A stretch of 47,054 nucleotides of DNA, counting the filler, from Streblomastix strix (Eukaryota), in assembly GCA_008636045.1 (NCBI GenBank). It is 2 parts of 2 records of this genome, joined end to end, with 100 filler letters (N's around TTAATTAATTAA, not from the genome) between each part and the next. Parts side by side here need not be neighbours in the genome. Positions count along the whole stretch, not along the records: positions 23,580 to 47,054 come from SNRW01000282.1; 1 more part is not named here. One strand, given 5' to 3'. Positions 23,580 through 36,638 of the stretch are shown piece after piece. The notes beneath the pieces were generated by a model. It had not been told where the DNA came from, searched no databases, and saw nothing but the letters and a program-made list of their open reading frames with translations. Both the position numbers and the translations under genes were made by a program. The stretch's first letter is position 1; every line of letters begins with the position of its first letter.

Positions 23580-25967
23580 AAGAGAAGAGAATCTAAAAGA
23601 GACATGAATAATGCATAATATAGAAAGAAGAGGATTATGAGGGAGAGTCAGACGTTCTATAAGATACTCATGGGGTAGTAGATTGTTACTAATGATGATG
23701 ATGATGATGATGATGATTAATAGGGTACTTCAATTGAGGCTAAAATAATGAAGGAGATTCGAGATTAGAAGAAGAAAGAAGGTCAGAAAACAGCAGATGA
23801 TGAATAAGAAGATGATGAAGAATAAGAATAATAACAGAATGCTAAATTATAGATTAATAAAGATCTATTATAGTAAATGTATATGAATAAAGAAATTGAT
23901 CAAGTTAAATTAGCTGAACTTAAGAGTGCAGAAGAAATAGATCCTAATTCTGCATTAGGTAGAGTATATGCAGCAGCTAAGATAGCAATGGATTAGAAGG
24001 TTAAAGATGAATAAGAATACAAATTAAAATAAGAAGAAGATTATCTGTATTAATTAGAGCTATAAATGAGAGCAAGAGAATATCCAGCATTATACTATCC
24101 ATATTATCCATTCTATTTACCTTCTTCATCTCCATATACATATAAAGCATTATTCCCATAAGGGATAAGGAATCAAGCTATATAATATTAATCAGGTAAT
24201 GGAAGATAATAAATAAATAAGAAAGAAAGGAAATAAATTGAATTACCAAAGAGATTGAGAAGAAATGAGAAGATACTCAAATTCTTGGAGAGATTGGAAG
24301 ATGAATAAATCAAAAGTGAGCAAAATTTGGCTTAATTGAGAAAATTAGTGGAAGATGAAAGAAAGAAGAACTTCATATCCATAATGAGTAATATAGTCAA
24401 TTTTGTAGATTATGAAGGATAGGAGAAGATATTAGAAGAGAAGAAGAAGAAGCAACAGGAAGCATTTAAAAGGAAACAGAAGAAGCTTCTAAAATAGAGA
24501 TTGGATAATGTCAGAAGAGCCAAAGAAAGATAACTTGGTATATATGTAGAAGAGATTAAAGCTAGAATATATAAATCTGACAGTTAATAGAATACAGATA
24601 GATCATAAGATAGTGATTCAGATAGTTCATCATCTACATCCAGATTGAGTGAGAATGGATCAGAAGGGAAGATGAAGAATAAAAAGATATCAGATTAATC
24701 TTCATCACCACTCAAATAGTAGAGTAGTATATAAGAGAAGAAGAATAAGAAGATTGAAGAATAAAGAACAAAGAAGATTGAAGAAGAGAAAACAAAGAAA
24801 GAAGAAGAAGAAAAGTTAGAAAAGGATAAATAAACAATAAAGAGTAAAATGAAGTTAATTCCACCTCCATAATTCAGAGATGGAGGAATATATGCCAATT
24901 ACAGTAAATAATACTCAATTATTGACCCAAATTACTCAATTATCTTAAGTTCAGCCAGAGGGACATAGTAATTATCTCCATTCTTTTATCCAATCAATTC
25001 AGATGAGCAGAGAATATTGGAGAGTATAAAGAAGAAGAAGAAATAATAAGATGAAGAAATGAAGGATAAATAAAAAGATAAATAAATAATAGATTCAAAT
25101 ACTGATAAAGAGAAAGAGAAAGAGAAAGATAAAGATAAAGAATAATTGAATAAGGATACATTATAGAAGAAATAATAAGATACAACTGATTAAAGAGTAT
25201 TATAAGATAAACAGAGAGAATGGATGCTATAGAATCTGAGAGTATAGAAACCAACTACAAGTAATAACAGACCTTCAACTAAAGAGAGGATCAAGATCTT
25301 ATAGAATTAATAAGTAGAAGATGATGGTACAATGTTCTACAGTATATTTGGAGAAGGAGGAAGAGAAAGAATTGATCGAATGATTGTGAGTAACTTTGAG
25401 AGATTGAAAGGTAAATAAGGTGCAAAGTCATACAGTCAGTGGTATATACCATAAGCTTAATTAAGAGTTGCTCCATCATCATACTCATAAGGAGCAGCAG
25501 TTGCAGCTCTTATTTCTGCACCTCCTCAACAGTCATATAATTCATAATAATAATAACCTCAGCCTTAATCACCTTTCTTTAGACCTGAAGTTGCAGAATT
25601 GAGTGGATAATTCATACCAACTATTCAATCACCTCATCATAAACCATATATTACACTTCCTAAATTGGATTCATCTACTCAGATTAAGAAACCAGGAAGC
25701 GGGTAATACTCAACAAGAAGTGGATCATACTCCAGTACAATGAAGAATGCTAATCTAACATCGCGAAGTCATGGAAACTATTTCCCTGCACCAACTGATA
25801 CTCCCAAATTAACTCCAAGCTCTCCGCATCAAAAGAAGTTGTATCTTCAGTAAAACTCACCAATTCAGACAATTCCTGCTCCATCTGGGGTCCAATTCGC
25901 TTCTCCAACTCATCTAACACTTCCACTTACTAAAGAGAACACAATGAAGAAAGAATATTAGAATTGA
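23580..25967 (+). CDS. 5'-truncated hypothetical low-complexity coiled-coil protein (K/E/Q-rich, S/P-rich C-terminus)
   Basis: A single frame is open for ~795 codons under code 6 (KRRESKRDMNNAQY.. to ..KENTMKKEYQN*, TGA 25965-25967). Confidence 0.7.
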
Positions 25968-26199
25968 TTTTGAATATGGAGTTGCTATTGTTGTTGAAAC
26001 AATTGAAATATATTATTTTTATATTTATTTTTATGGATTTCATTACATGTATATATAATAATTACTTTAATAAATTTAATTTGAAAAATAAAAAAAAAGT
26101 TAAACAGGAATTGATTTATGTGATGTTTTATTTTTATTGGTACACAATTAAATGATTAAAATAAATAATAAAGAAATAGTTAAATAAACAAAAAATTGA

Positions 26200-27720
26200 T
26201 CATGTTTTCTTTGGGAAACGACTTAAAAGCTTCTTCTTCTACATTTACCAACATTATGAATGGTAAAGCTTTGGAATCTAACTTTGAAATGCAGATATTG
26301 AATTAGATCCATTCAAATAAATAATATTCATATCAATTGATTCAATCTTCTTTCTTTCATCTTCAGAAGTGTGTAATGGATCATTTGCTTATATTGCATC
26401 CTTATAAATCCATATTCCTCCTTCTTAATTCAATTCTTTAGATAATTCCTCATTACAAACAGGACATACTGATTGTGTTGGATCATAAATTATTTCATTA
26501 TTTCTACTTTCATCTTCATTTTCTAATCTTCCATAATATTTATCTGATTCAGATTCACGTCCAATACTCTTCTATCTTTTATTATTCTTATTATTTCTTA
26601 TTTTCTCAATTTATTATTCTTATTCTTTCTCCAATTATTCAGAATCAATTTTATCATATAATTAAAGCAATTCTTATTATTCTACATTAATCCATTCATC
26701 TTCTGTTGAATACCATCCACGTGTATGTGAAAGATATTACCTGAGTCTCCTAATTGAATAAAATTATTCTAATTTCAACTCATTTGGAATTTTCTGAATT
26801 ATTTCTTCATATATTTATCCTGGTTATTTATTCTCATCTCCAAATATTTTGCCATCTCCTTTAATTAAGTTATTTAATCTTTCTGTTAAATTAGATTCAA
26901 CTGAATGAATATTTTGGTGACTTTTCTGTTACTTACTGTCTTTGAATCTCATACCACACCTTCCACATGTTAATGGAAGTGCTTTCTCATACAGATAATC
27001 ACCATAATTCGGAGTTTGGGCTTCAATTTTACCATCCTAATTGAAGAACACATCAGGTTTCTTACTGAAATCTCGATTATCTTTTTGAGGCTCGGGGCTT
27101 TTATAAGTACTTTTATCAGCAGAAGGAGCTCTCTGATAAAACTTTGAATTTGGAATAGGTTCTGGAATCTAATAACTAGTTATTTATGTAGGGGTAGGCG
27201 CACGTTAGAGAATAGCATTAAAGTCGTCTGAACTAGGTGGGAGAAACCTGAGGATTGTTTCTCCAGGGTTTTCAATAATCAATCGATTGGCGGGTTGAGA
27301 AATTCCTGGTACTTAAAGTGGAACACGCTTCGTACCCAATGTAAAATCTATGGTTATTGTGTATTGCTACATTTGAAAAATTGCATTATCATCAAATACT
27401 CCTCTCCACGTCGCTAACAACTCACGAAGCTTCCCTCGCTCGTCCGCTCCGGCATCCAGATAAATCAGATTGAACGTATCAGCAATACCACCTCCTATTA
27501 ACGCGTTCCACGGATGGCCACATTTTTTGGCTAGATGATCAGCTAGATAAAGTGCGGCTAGGCGTTTGTCTTTTTCGCCCAGTGCCGCCCTCTCCAGCAC
27601 AAGACTTACGATTTCTCTCTCTTCATCCACGCTATCCATGGCAAGCATTCCTAGAGCCTCAATGGTTGCTCGCTCTGGAGCCCCCAGCTCCGCAAGCGCT
27701 GCTGCGAAATCAGCAGCCAT
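26200..27720 (-). CDS. PCF11: Pcf11-like pre-mRNA cleavage/termination factor (506 aa, no introns seen)
   Basis: N-terminal CID (DFAAALAEL..KRLAALYLADHLAKKCG..KLRELLATWRGVF), zinc finger LYEKALPLTCGRCGMRF..H..H, TRGWYSTEDEW, second zinc finger CPVCNEEL..WIYKDA..H. Confidence 0.85.
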
Positions 27721-27723
27721 GTA

Positions 27724-29650
27724 ATGATGGGAATAGAACAACCAAACGATGCTATTGGATCACCACTGCATCTTTTCCGTAAAAGATGGTGGATTCTGAT
27801 TGCGCTCAGCGTAAATTAGCTGCTTCTCGGTGCTGGAGTCGTAGTTTACTATGCAGTGTAAAAATCCACATTTGAGTACTATAAAAGTGCTGGAATTACA
27901 ATTAAGAAACATAATTTGATAATATCAATTAGTTTATTTATTATTTTGTTGGTAATTTGCATTTTTTTTTTAATTTCTCTATTTTGCTATTTTCTTGCCG
28001 ACAGGCTCTGTTGTTTTTGAAATTTGCGTGATTTTGATGATGAAAATTTACTCATGATTCAATAATTTTCGAGCGCTTATTCTGATATCTTCATGGGCAC
28101 TGGCAATCTCTGGTGTATTGAGACTTATTCCTACATGGATTCCAGTGCTAAGATCTAAAGCATTTGTTTTTATAATAATCCAATGCTTGTTAGCATAGAT
28201 TGGTGGAGCATTTTGTTGTTCAGCTCCGTCATAAGCAAGTGCAACGTGGTTTGGAGCAAAAGAAAGAAAAGTTGTTAGTGCAATCCTTTTGTAAATGTTA
28301 AATGCTGGTACTGCAATTACATATTTAGTTATTCCATATATTGTATAGAAAGGAGTTCATTTAGAATATGCTCTTTATATCATTTTTGTATCATAATCAA
28401 TCATTACTTTGCTAATAACAATCTATTTTCCATCCTGACCAAAAATTCCACCATCATTCTCTGAATAATTTTAGAGAGAGAATCAAAGATAATCAAACAA
28501 CAATAATTATTATAATAAAATGTAAAGTAATGACATCTCAAATCATCATTTAATAAAACTAAATACAAATATTAACTAAACCATAGAGAATAATTATGAT
28601 TTATATAAACCTTTAAAAGATGAAGCTATAATAAAAGATAAAATTCAATCTGAAAATGATGATAATGATACTTTTTTACATTAATAAATGCAAATATTTG
28701 AACTTTCTCCTCAAAATGAACCAATTTCAACACCTTTAAATGTAGAACAAAGTATTTCACCTTAAAATATTGATTAAACATCCTTACTACTAAATAATAA
28801 TTTAAATGAATTAAATAATTCTATATTTTCTCCAGATTCTTATTTAACCCCAATAACACCAATATTTGATTCTCTTCTTATTAAGAATAAAATATAACAA
28901 ACTTAATCATTTATTTCAACAATCAAATTCATATTTAAACCAAAAATGCTTATTTTCTTACTTTTTTCTTCATTTTAATCTGGATCACTATAAGCTTGGA
29001 AAGGTAATATTACATATATATTTACATAAATTGGATCCAGTGAGACATTGGGAGGTATAACTTCATTTCTTGCAATAATATTCACAGTTATTGGTGGAAT
29101 TACAATATCTTCAATTACATCAAGAGTATTAAAAAAGAAAGAAAAGTTAATAATTGGAATATTATTTGTAATTGTTGACATTCTTATGATAGTTAATATG
29201 CTTTTATTACCATTACCTGATATTAATAATAATAATAATAATTAATAAGAATACGTCAATAATCATCATAATAAAATTATCATTAAAGCTCCATCTATTA
29301 TATTAGTAATACTAATTATACTTGCTGGTTCATTAGGTGGTACTCCAATACCTCTTTATTTTCATATTGTAAATGAATTGGGATTCCCAAATATATCAGA
29401 AACTATATCAGCTGGTGCATTATAGTTTTGTTTTGTAATTATTAGATCTATAATGCTGTTTGTATTTTCATTGGTTAATGTTGAATATTTCACATTAATT
29501 GTTGTTTCTGTTATAATTATTAGTACAATTCTTATACCATTCATCCACATTGAGTATAAACGTTCAAATATTGAAGATTAGAAGTAGGATTATGAAGTTA
29601 ATATATAAGAGGATAATGATGTTTAAAGAGTATAAATGCAGAATTTTTGA
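27724..29650 (+). CDS. MFS transporter, SLC49 (FLVCR/DIRC2/MFSD7)-like, with two in-frame TGAs (possible pseudogene)
   Basis: FRKRWWILIALS; probable intron ~27932-28004; SATWFGAKERKVVSAIL; YFPS*PKIPPS; PLYFHIVNELGFPNISETISAG; EYKRS. About 12 hydrophobic segments around a large N-rich loop. Confidence 0.8.
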
Positions 29651-29794
29651 TCTCCATCTCTTTATATTTTTTTATAAATAGCAAACATTGTTTTTATATT
29701 TAGCTATTTATTTTTTTAGTTTATTGTTTATTTAATATTCGTAATAAACACCTTTCCATTGTGATTAATGTTGTGTAAGATTGGTTCCCATGAG

Positions 29795-32367
29795 ATGGAA
29801 GCCAAGCGAGAGAGCATCGCATACTTTTATGATGCGGACATCGGCTCTTTTGTATACGGTCCTGCTCATCCAATGAAACCGCATCGCGTCCGCATGACAC
29901 ACGACCTCGTTGTGCACTACGGGCTTGGTGAGCGCATGTAAATTTTTGTATGCCGACCGCTCTTTCATAACAACTTGCGCCTTATTGTGATTTACTTAAC
30001 ATACTTTGATGTGACTTGTGCAGCGTCCACGACTACTGCTTCCGGAAGAGATGAAGGAATTCCACGCGGAAGAATACGTGAGCTTCTTATCGGCCGTCAA
30101 CCCAGCCTGCGCTGCACAGTATAAGACGCACTGTGCTCGATGTATGCTCTAACATCACTTCTCTTCACTCTCACACTTAATATATATGTAATGTTTGCAC
30201 AGTCAACATGGGCGATGATTGCACGATTTTCGATGGTCTTTTTCGCTACTGTCAGATCACAGCTGGTGGATCTGTTGGTATATTTTATTTTAATTTGAAC
30301 CATGCATCTTAATTTTCATGGTTGTTATAAATCTTGGATAGGTGGCGCAGTAAAGCTAAATTAAGAGAGCGTCGATGTCGCTGTGAATTGGTCAGGTGGG
30401 CTTCATCATGCTAAGAAAGCTGAAGCTTCAGGATTTTGTTACATCAATGACATAGTTCTTGCTATACTCGAACTACTCAAGTATGAATATTAATATTTTA
30501 TTATCTATTTTTTTAATAAATCATAAAATCTATGTTTTATTTATTTATTTATTTATTATTAATAGAATCCATCCAAGAGTTATGTATATTGATATTGATG
30601 TTCATCATGGAGATGGAGTAGAAGAAGCATTCTATACAACAGATCGTGTGATGACTGTATCATTCCATAAATATGGTGAGTTCTATCCAGGTACTGGTAG
30701 TATTAAAGTATGACTATGATATTTGATGAATGTGTAATTTGTTGTTATTGGATATTGATCAATCTTTATTTTAATGTAATTATATGTTATTCATTCATTC
30801 AGGATCATGGAGTTGGAAAGGGGAAGTATTATTCAATTAACTTTCCACTTCTTGATGGAATTGATGATGAGACATTTTAATTCTTCTTTCAAATGGTTTA
30901 TTATCTTATTAATTTACAATTTATACCATTTATTATATTTATTATATATATTTATTAATATTTTTCATTCATTCATAGATTGTAGCCAAAGCAGTATAAG
31001 TCTATCAACCAACAGCCATTGTGATGTAGTGTGGAGCAGATTCATTAACATAAGATCGATTGGGATGTTTTAATCTAACTTTAGTAGGTCATGGATCATG
31101 CATTGAATTTGTTCGTTAGTTTGAATTACCATTATTAATATTAGGTGGAGGAGGATATACAATTAGAAATGTATCCAGATGTTGGACATATGAAACAGCT
31201 TTATTAATTGATAGTTTCAGTGGATAATTGAGTGGATATCCATCTGATGCATAACCTGGAAGTAGAAAGAATGTTCTGAGTAACTAAATTCCTAAAACTA
31301 ATTTCTTTCATCATTATGGACCATTACATACATTACATTTAGATCCTTCTCCATAAGAGAATAAGAATTCAATTGAATATTTAAGACTTCATACATAAAG
31401 AATATTGGAAAATTTAAGATAAATTGAATCTGCTCCTTGTGTAGTTGGAGATAGTAATGATAATCATACAATTGATAATGAGAATTAATAATATAGTATT
31501 GACAATGAAAGATTATTGAATGATGAAGATTAAGATATAATGACATATACTGGTTAGACTCTATAATAATAGAAAGTTGAATAATATAATGATACTAATA
31601 AAGGAATAAATAAAAGATCATTCAATGCTTCCAGAGGAGTTGAGAAATAATATGATAAGAAGTAAAGTTAATAAAGAAGAAGTAAACTTTCAGATTTCCC
31701 AGATATTAATAATGCATAAATGAATATAAATACAGTAAATGAATGGGAACCTAATAATAAGTTTTATAAAGAATAGATTTAATTCTTAATTCAACCATTT
31801 CTTAATAATGCAAATACAAAATAAGATAAGAATAATACAACAGATTAAACTTCTTTATCAACAAGAAACGTTAAAAGAAGGAAATCATAATCATAGAATA
31901 ATGTTTAATTGAATGAAAATGAAGAAATAAATATGAAACAAGATAAGAAAACAATGGAGAAAGATGATGATGAAGAAGAAGAAGAAGAATAATAATAATT
32001 AAATGAAGATGAAGAATAATAATAAGAATAAGAATAATAAGAATAGGATGATGAAGATGATGAAGAAGATGAAAGTGATTCTTCAAATGAATAAATGAAA
32101 GAAGATTAAAGTCCATTAAAAGTTAATCATAATTTGATTTTAAGATCAAATAAATAATCATTGAATTAATAAGAAGAAGATGAAGAAGAAGAAGAAGAAT
32201 TAAACAATGAATTATATAATGTAGATTATGAAGCACCAACATCTATTAGAGGATTAAGAGACAGACATTTATTTGCATAAACACATTCAAAAGGAGAAGA
32301 TCGTCCAAGAATAACATAAAGAATGAGAGATAATAGATAAACAGATTTAGATGACTAAGATGAATGA
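29795..32367 (+). CDS. RPD3: Class I histone deacetylase (Rpd3/HDAC1-3-like) with long acidic N/Q-rich tail
   Basis: [92 protein letters not shown](TAG=Q)[25 protein letters not shown]. An alternative in-frame ATG is at 29768. Confidence 0.95.
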
Positions 32368-32750
32368 AGATATTGAATTATAGATGCTGAAGACTATGGA
32401 ATGTTTATTATTAAAGAGAATAATAGAATATATGAATTAATATAATCAGATACAGAATAGAATATTAATACAGAAAGATTCTTATGAAGAGGAAAAGAGA
32501 GAAAATAAATTGGAAGTCAGAACTGGAAGAGGAATCATGTGAAGAATAGGATAAAGATTAACGGATACCGATCACGAGTTCAAAATCTGATAATATACTA
32601 AACAACACACAGATAGATAATCAGAAGTGGTGCAAATGCAAGTATATTCTCCTCTTATCAGTTCAGGCTTCCATTTCATTTATGAGGCAATGGGAAGTTT
32701 TGTAAATATAAAATTTTATTTCATAATATGCTATATTGATTGTTTTTTCC

Positions 32751-33284
32751 ATGGAAAGACTTCCTTTCGCATCTCCAATGGCTGGAGAGAAACTAAATTA
32801 ACGTATTATGAAGATTGTAAAACACAGTTTGTAAAAAATATTATTGCAGGTGAGAAATTATGTATTTTTTACATTTTCTTTTTTACTTGATCATCATAGC
32901 TGCAAAGCACAAATTTTTAAGACGAGGAGTTAAAGAAGTTGTTAAGAGCATTAGAAAAGGTAAAAAGGGGTTTGTATTAATCTTTTTGGAATAAAAACTG
33001 ACTTATAATTAATTTTTTTTTTACTTTGCCGATTTTGGGCCAGAATATGTATTCTTGCAGGTGATGTCTCACCTATTGATGTTATATCACATTTGCCTGT
33101 ATATTGTGAGGAGAACAATATCCCATACATTTTTGTAGCATCGAAAGCTGAGCTTGGATTGGCAGCATCTACAAAAAGACCGACATCTTGTGTGCTTGCA
33201 CAGACACTTCCACCAGATAAATTACCAGAAAAGATCGAAAAAAAATGGAATTAAATTGTTTCAGAGCTCGCTTAAATTACATGA
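32751..33284 (+). CDS. NHP2: H/ACA snoRNP subunit NHP2 (L7Ae family), 2 introns
   Basis: PFASPMAGEKL..LRRGVKEVVKSIRKGKKGICILAGDVSPIDVISHLPVYCEENNIPYIFVASKAELGLAASTKRPTS. Confidence 0.9.
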
Positions 33285-33844
33285 ACTGATATCAATAAAA
33301 TTATATATTTTTCTAGAATTTTTTTTATATAATTTATCTACTTTCTAATAGTCTTATATTAAATTATATAACTATATTTAATTTTTGTTCAACAATTCAA
33401 AAATAGCTCTAATTGAACAGTGAATAACATTCACAATTACCTTGAGATGGAAAAAATCAGGTTTTTAGTTTTAACATAATCTTACGATATAATATTGTAT
33501 ATTTCATGTTTTTAAATCACTTAAATATTGCATAATTCGCATAACAACTACCTATTTATCTTATATATATGTTATTATTGATATTGCAAATTATTACAAA
33601 AAAATTGTTTTTCGCATTATCCAAACATTAAATAACAATTTTAATTAAAAATAAATATGTAAATTATTATAAAATTTATTTTATTTATGAAATTTTTATC
33701 AATTGTTATGATCTTATAAAAGTATATTTATCAGCAACAATGAATCTAGTGCGGCTGAAGACCCAATCAAATAATAGCTTTAATTCATCAATATTCATAT
33801 TATTTATTATATTATTTTTTACATTATTAGATTTTCAACCATTA

Positions 33845-36378
33845 ATGTTAGACCTTGGAACCAGTTTATTGTCAAGCATAATAGAGAAAGAAAAAAATAA
33901 AATCTCAAAGCCAAATTCTGGGGAAAAGAAACTGTACGAAAAGATTTTCAACCATTAATTGTGTAATTTCATACTTTTATATTTATTATTGGTTTTAATT
34001 TAGTAAAACACGTGGAGAAATAGAACGGGAGGAATATCTTAAGAAATAAAAAGAGGTTGATGATATTCGAGGTTTTCTAATATTAACCTTCACTATTCTT
34101 TTTTATTTTAATATTTTACATTCAATACACATTAATTAGCAGCCAAAGCAAAGAGTGATAGTATATAGAACGATATTAAGTACGGGGATCATCGAATAGT
34201 TTGCTTTTTTTAAACTCATATTGTTTTATTATTTAATTAATTGTTGAACAATAGTCTTCATCTAAAGATTAAGGAAAAGGATTATTACTTGAACCTAATC
34301 TGGATGAATCAAAAATTCCACCTAAAACAGAGATTATTGAACGGTTTTACTTATTGTTACTCATTTCAATTATACTTATCATATTTTTCTTTTTTATTTA
34401 TGAATGATATTTATTATCCAGATTAAGAGCTCTTGGAGAACCTGCCTCTTTGTTTGGTGAGAATAACATTTAGCGTTTCCAACGGTTTGAAAAGGATTAT
34501 TGAATAGTAAATATGATGTTAGTTATTTTATTATATCTTTAATTATTAATGAATCCATTCAATATTAGTTTGAGACTTCAAGAAATGAGCAATGATTTGG
34601 CACATGGACAACACAAGTGGTAAAACTCAAAAGTATTTAATTATAAAGATCATATAATATTTATTATATATAATCATATATATTATATATAATCATATAT
34701 ATTATATTATTCACACATATATTATATTATTCTATCATTAGGTAACTACAGCCAGTCGTACAAGAGGAATTCTCTTTGGTTCAATAACATATGATATATC
34801 ATATATAATAGAATCCATCCAATAATCCTAACCTTCATAATAATCATCCTCTACATAATCCTCTAAATATAAGCATCCTTCAACATCCACAACTACTCCA
34901 TCTCCATCTTAATCGCCTTCTCCTTCTCAGACTCCATAAATAATACATTAATAATAAATGAGTAATAATTCACATTCTCCATCTCCATTAAATGATAATA
35001 AAAGTGAGTAATTGAGATCATCTAATAGATCAGTATCTAAATAATAGAGATCTAATACTAGATCTGTATCTAAAGTAGATGAAAGTGATAATTAGAATAT
35101 AATTGAAGATGTTGATGAATTAATGCAGAAAGTGAAGAGAAAGAGAATTGAAGGTAATGAAGATAAATAAGAAGATAAATAAGAAGAGAATAAAAATGGA
35201 TTATTGGAGTATAATGGAAATAAGAGGATTAGATTAGACGAAGATTAAGTTTAATAGGAGGAAATATTATTATAATCAGATTAATAGAAAGAATCATTAT
35301 TATCTTAATCATAAATAACTGCATCTGATCCTAAATTGAACAAGAAATTAGATAAATGTGAATATATACATTCAACTTTGATGGTATTTAATGTCTATTT
35401 ATTATTAACTAAATAATTATATTCATATTCATATTAATAAATAGAAATATCTTCGTATTTGGGAAGATGAATTAAATGAATAAGAAGATGAGATAAAAAG
35501 ATCTGAATAAGGAAGATAGGTATAAATTATTAATATATTATATTATATTATTTTATTTTATATTTATATATTCACATTTCAATTCTTATACTAATTCTTT
35601 CATTTTATATTAGCAATTGAGTGTGTACAGATAATGTGACTCATATATTAAACCTCTATTTAAAATGCTTGAAAAGAAGGTTTGCGAAATTATTGGATTA
35701 ATAAACACTATGTTTTTATCCTTATTTTATTTTTCTATCTATTTTTATCATCATTTTATATTATTTATCAAATAGACTCTCCCTTATGATGTGCGAGATT
35801 ATATCTACAATATTTGTAGGTATTAATTATACATCCATATTAATTGTGTTTTATATTATTTATTATCTTCCTTCTATAAATAGATATTTAGAGAGTCGTG
35901 ATTATGTGAAGGCAAATGATGTCTACTTGCGAATGGCAATTGGGAATGCACCTTGGCCAATGGGAGTGACAATGGTATGAATCTTTATTAGCAAATATAT
36001 TTATGTTATTTATTAATTGAATGAAAGAATAAAATAATACTTTGATATTAATTAAGATATTAATAATAAATAATAAATTATTTATATACTCTAAATTTTA
36101 TTACAATAGGTCGGAATTCATGAGAGAACTGCACGAGAGAAGATCAATACTGAACAGGTAATAATAATATTATAAAATAATAAAGGGAATTAAATATAAA
36201 TACATTTATTGTTATAATTCTCATTTTTCTTCCATTTACAATAATTTAAATTTCTAAGGTTGCACACATCTTGAATGATGAAGCTCAGCGTAAGTACATT
36301 CAATCTGTTAAAAGAATAATGTCATTTGTTTCTGAGAAGTTCCCAAATGACCCATCAAAATCAGTGGGGTGGAAATGA
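33845..36378 (+). CDS. PRP18: Pre-mRNA splicing factor Prp18, many introns (start uncertain; upstream ATG 33740 in frame)
   Basis: [101 protein letters not shown]. Confidence 0.93.
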
Positions 36379-36638
36379 ACATGGATTTAGATGAATAATT
36401 TTTTAATATAAAATATAAATGGATTTTTCAATTATTATGTATCTTAAAATAATAAAATTATATAAATGATGTTCTTTATCTTATTGTTAATTTATTTAAT
36501 AAATAAAGAAATTCAGAAAAAAAACTCTTTAAAAAGGGAAATGACATCTATTAATTGAAACACTTAGTATAGTCATAAATCAAACATTCTTTAAGAGCTT
36601 TTTTTAATTCTTTTTTAATTCATACTCATGCAAATAGA

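Noticed and set aside
27724..27799. Possible C/D snoRNA or structured RNA (ATGATGG..CTGA with hairpin catctttt-ccgt-aaaagatg)
   Set aside because: The stretch encodes the MFS N-terminus (LHLFRKRWWIL), the C box is imperfect, and no convincing rRNA guide was seen.
34650..34730. Short tandem AT repeat (tattatatataatcatata) and similar microsatellites such as (TA)n at ~5227-5245
   Set aside because: Ordinary slippage repeats inside introns.
26200..36378. Functional cluster of RNA-processing/chromatin genes (Pcf11, HDAC, NHP2, Prp18)
   Set aside because: No shared regulatory motif was seen, and unrelated genes are interspersed; chance in a gene-dense genome is sufficient.
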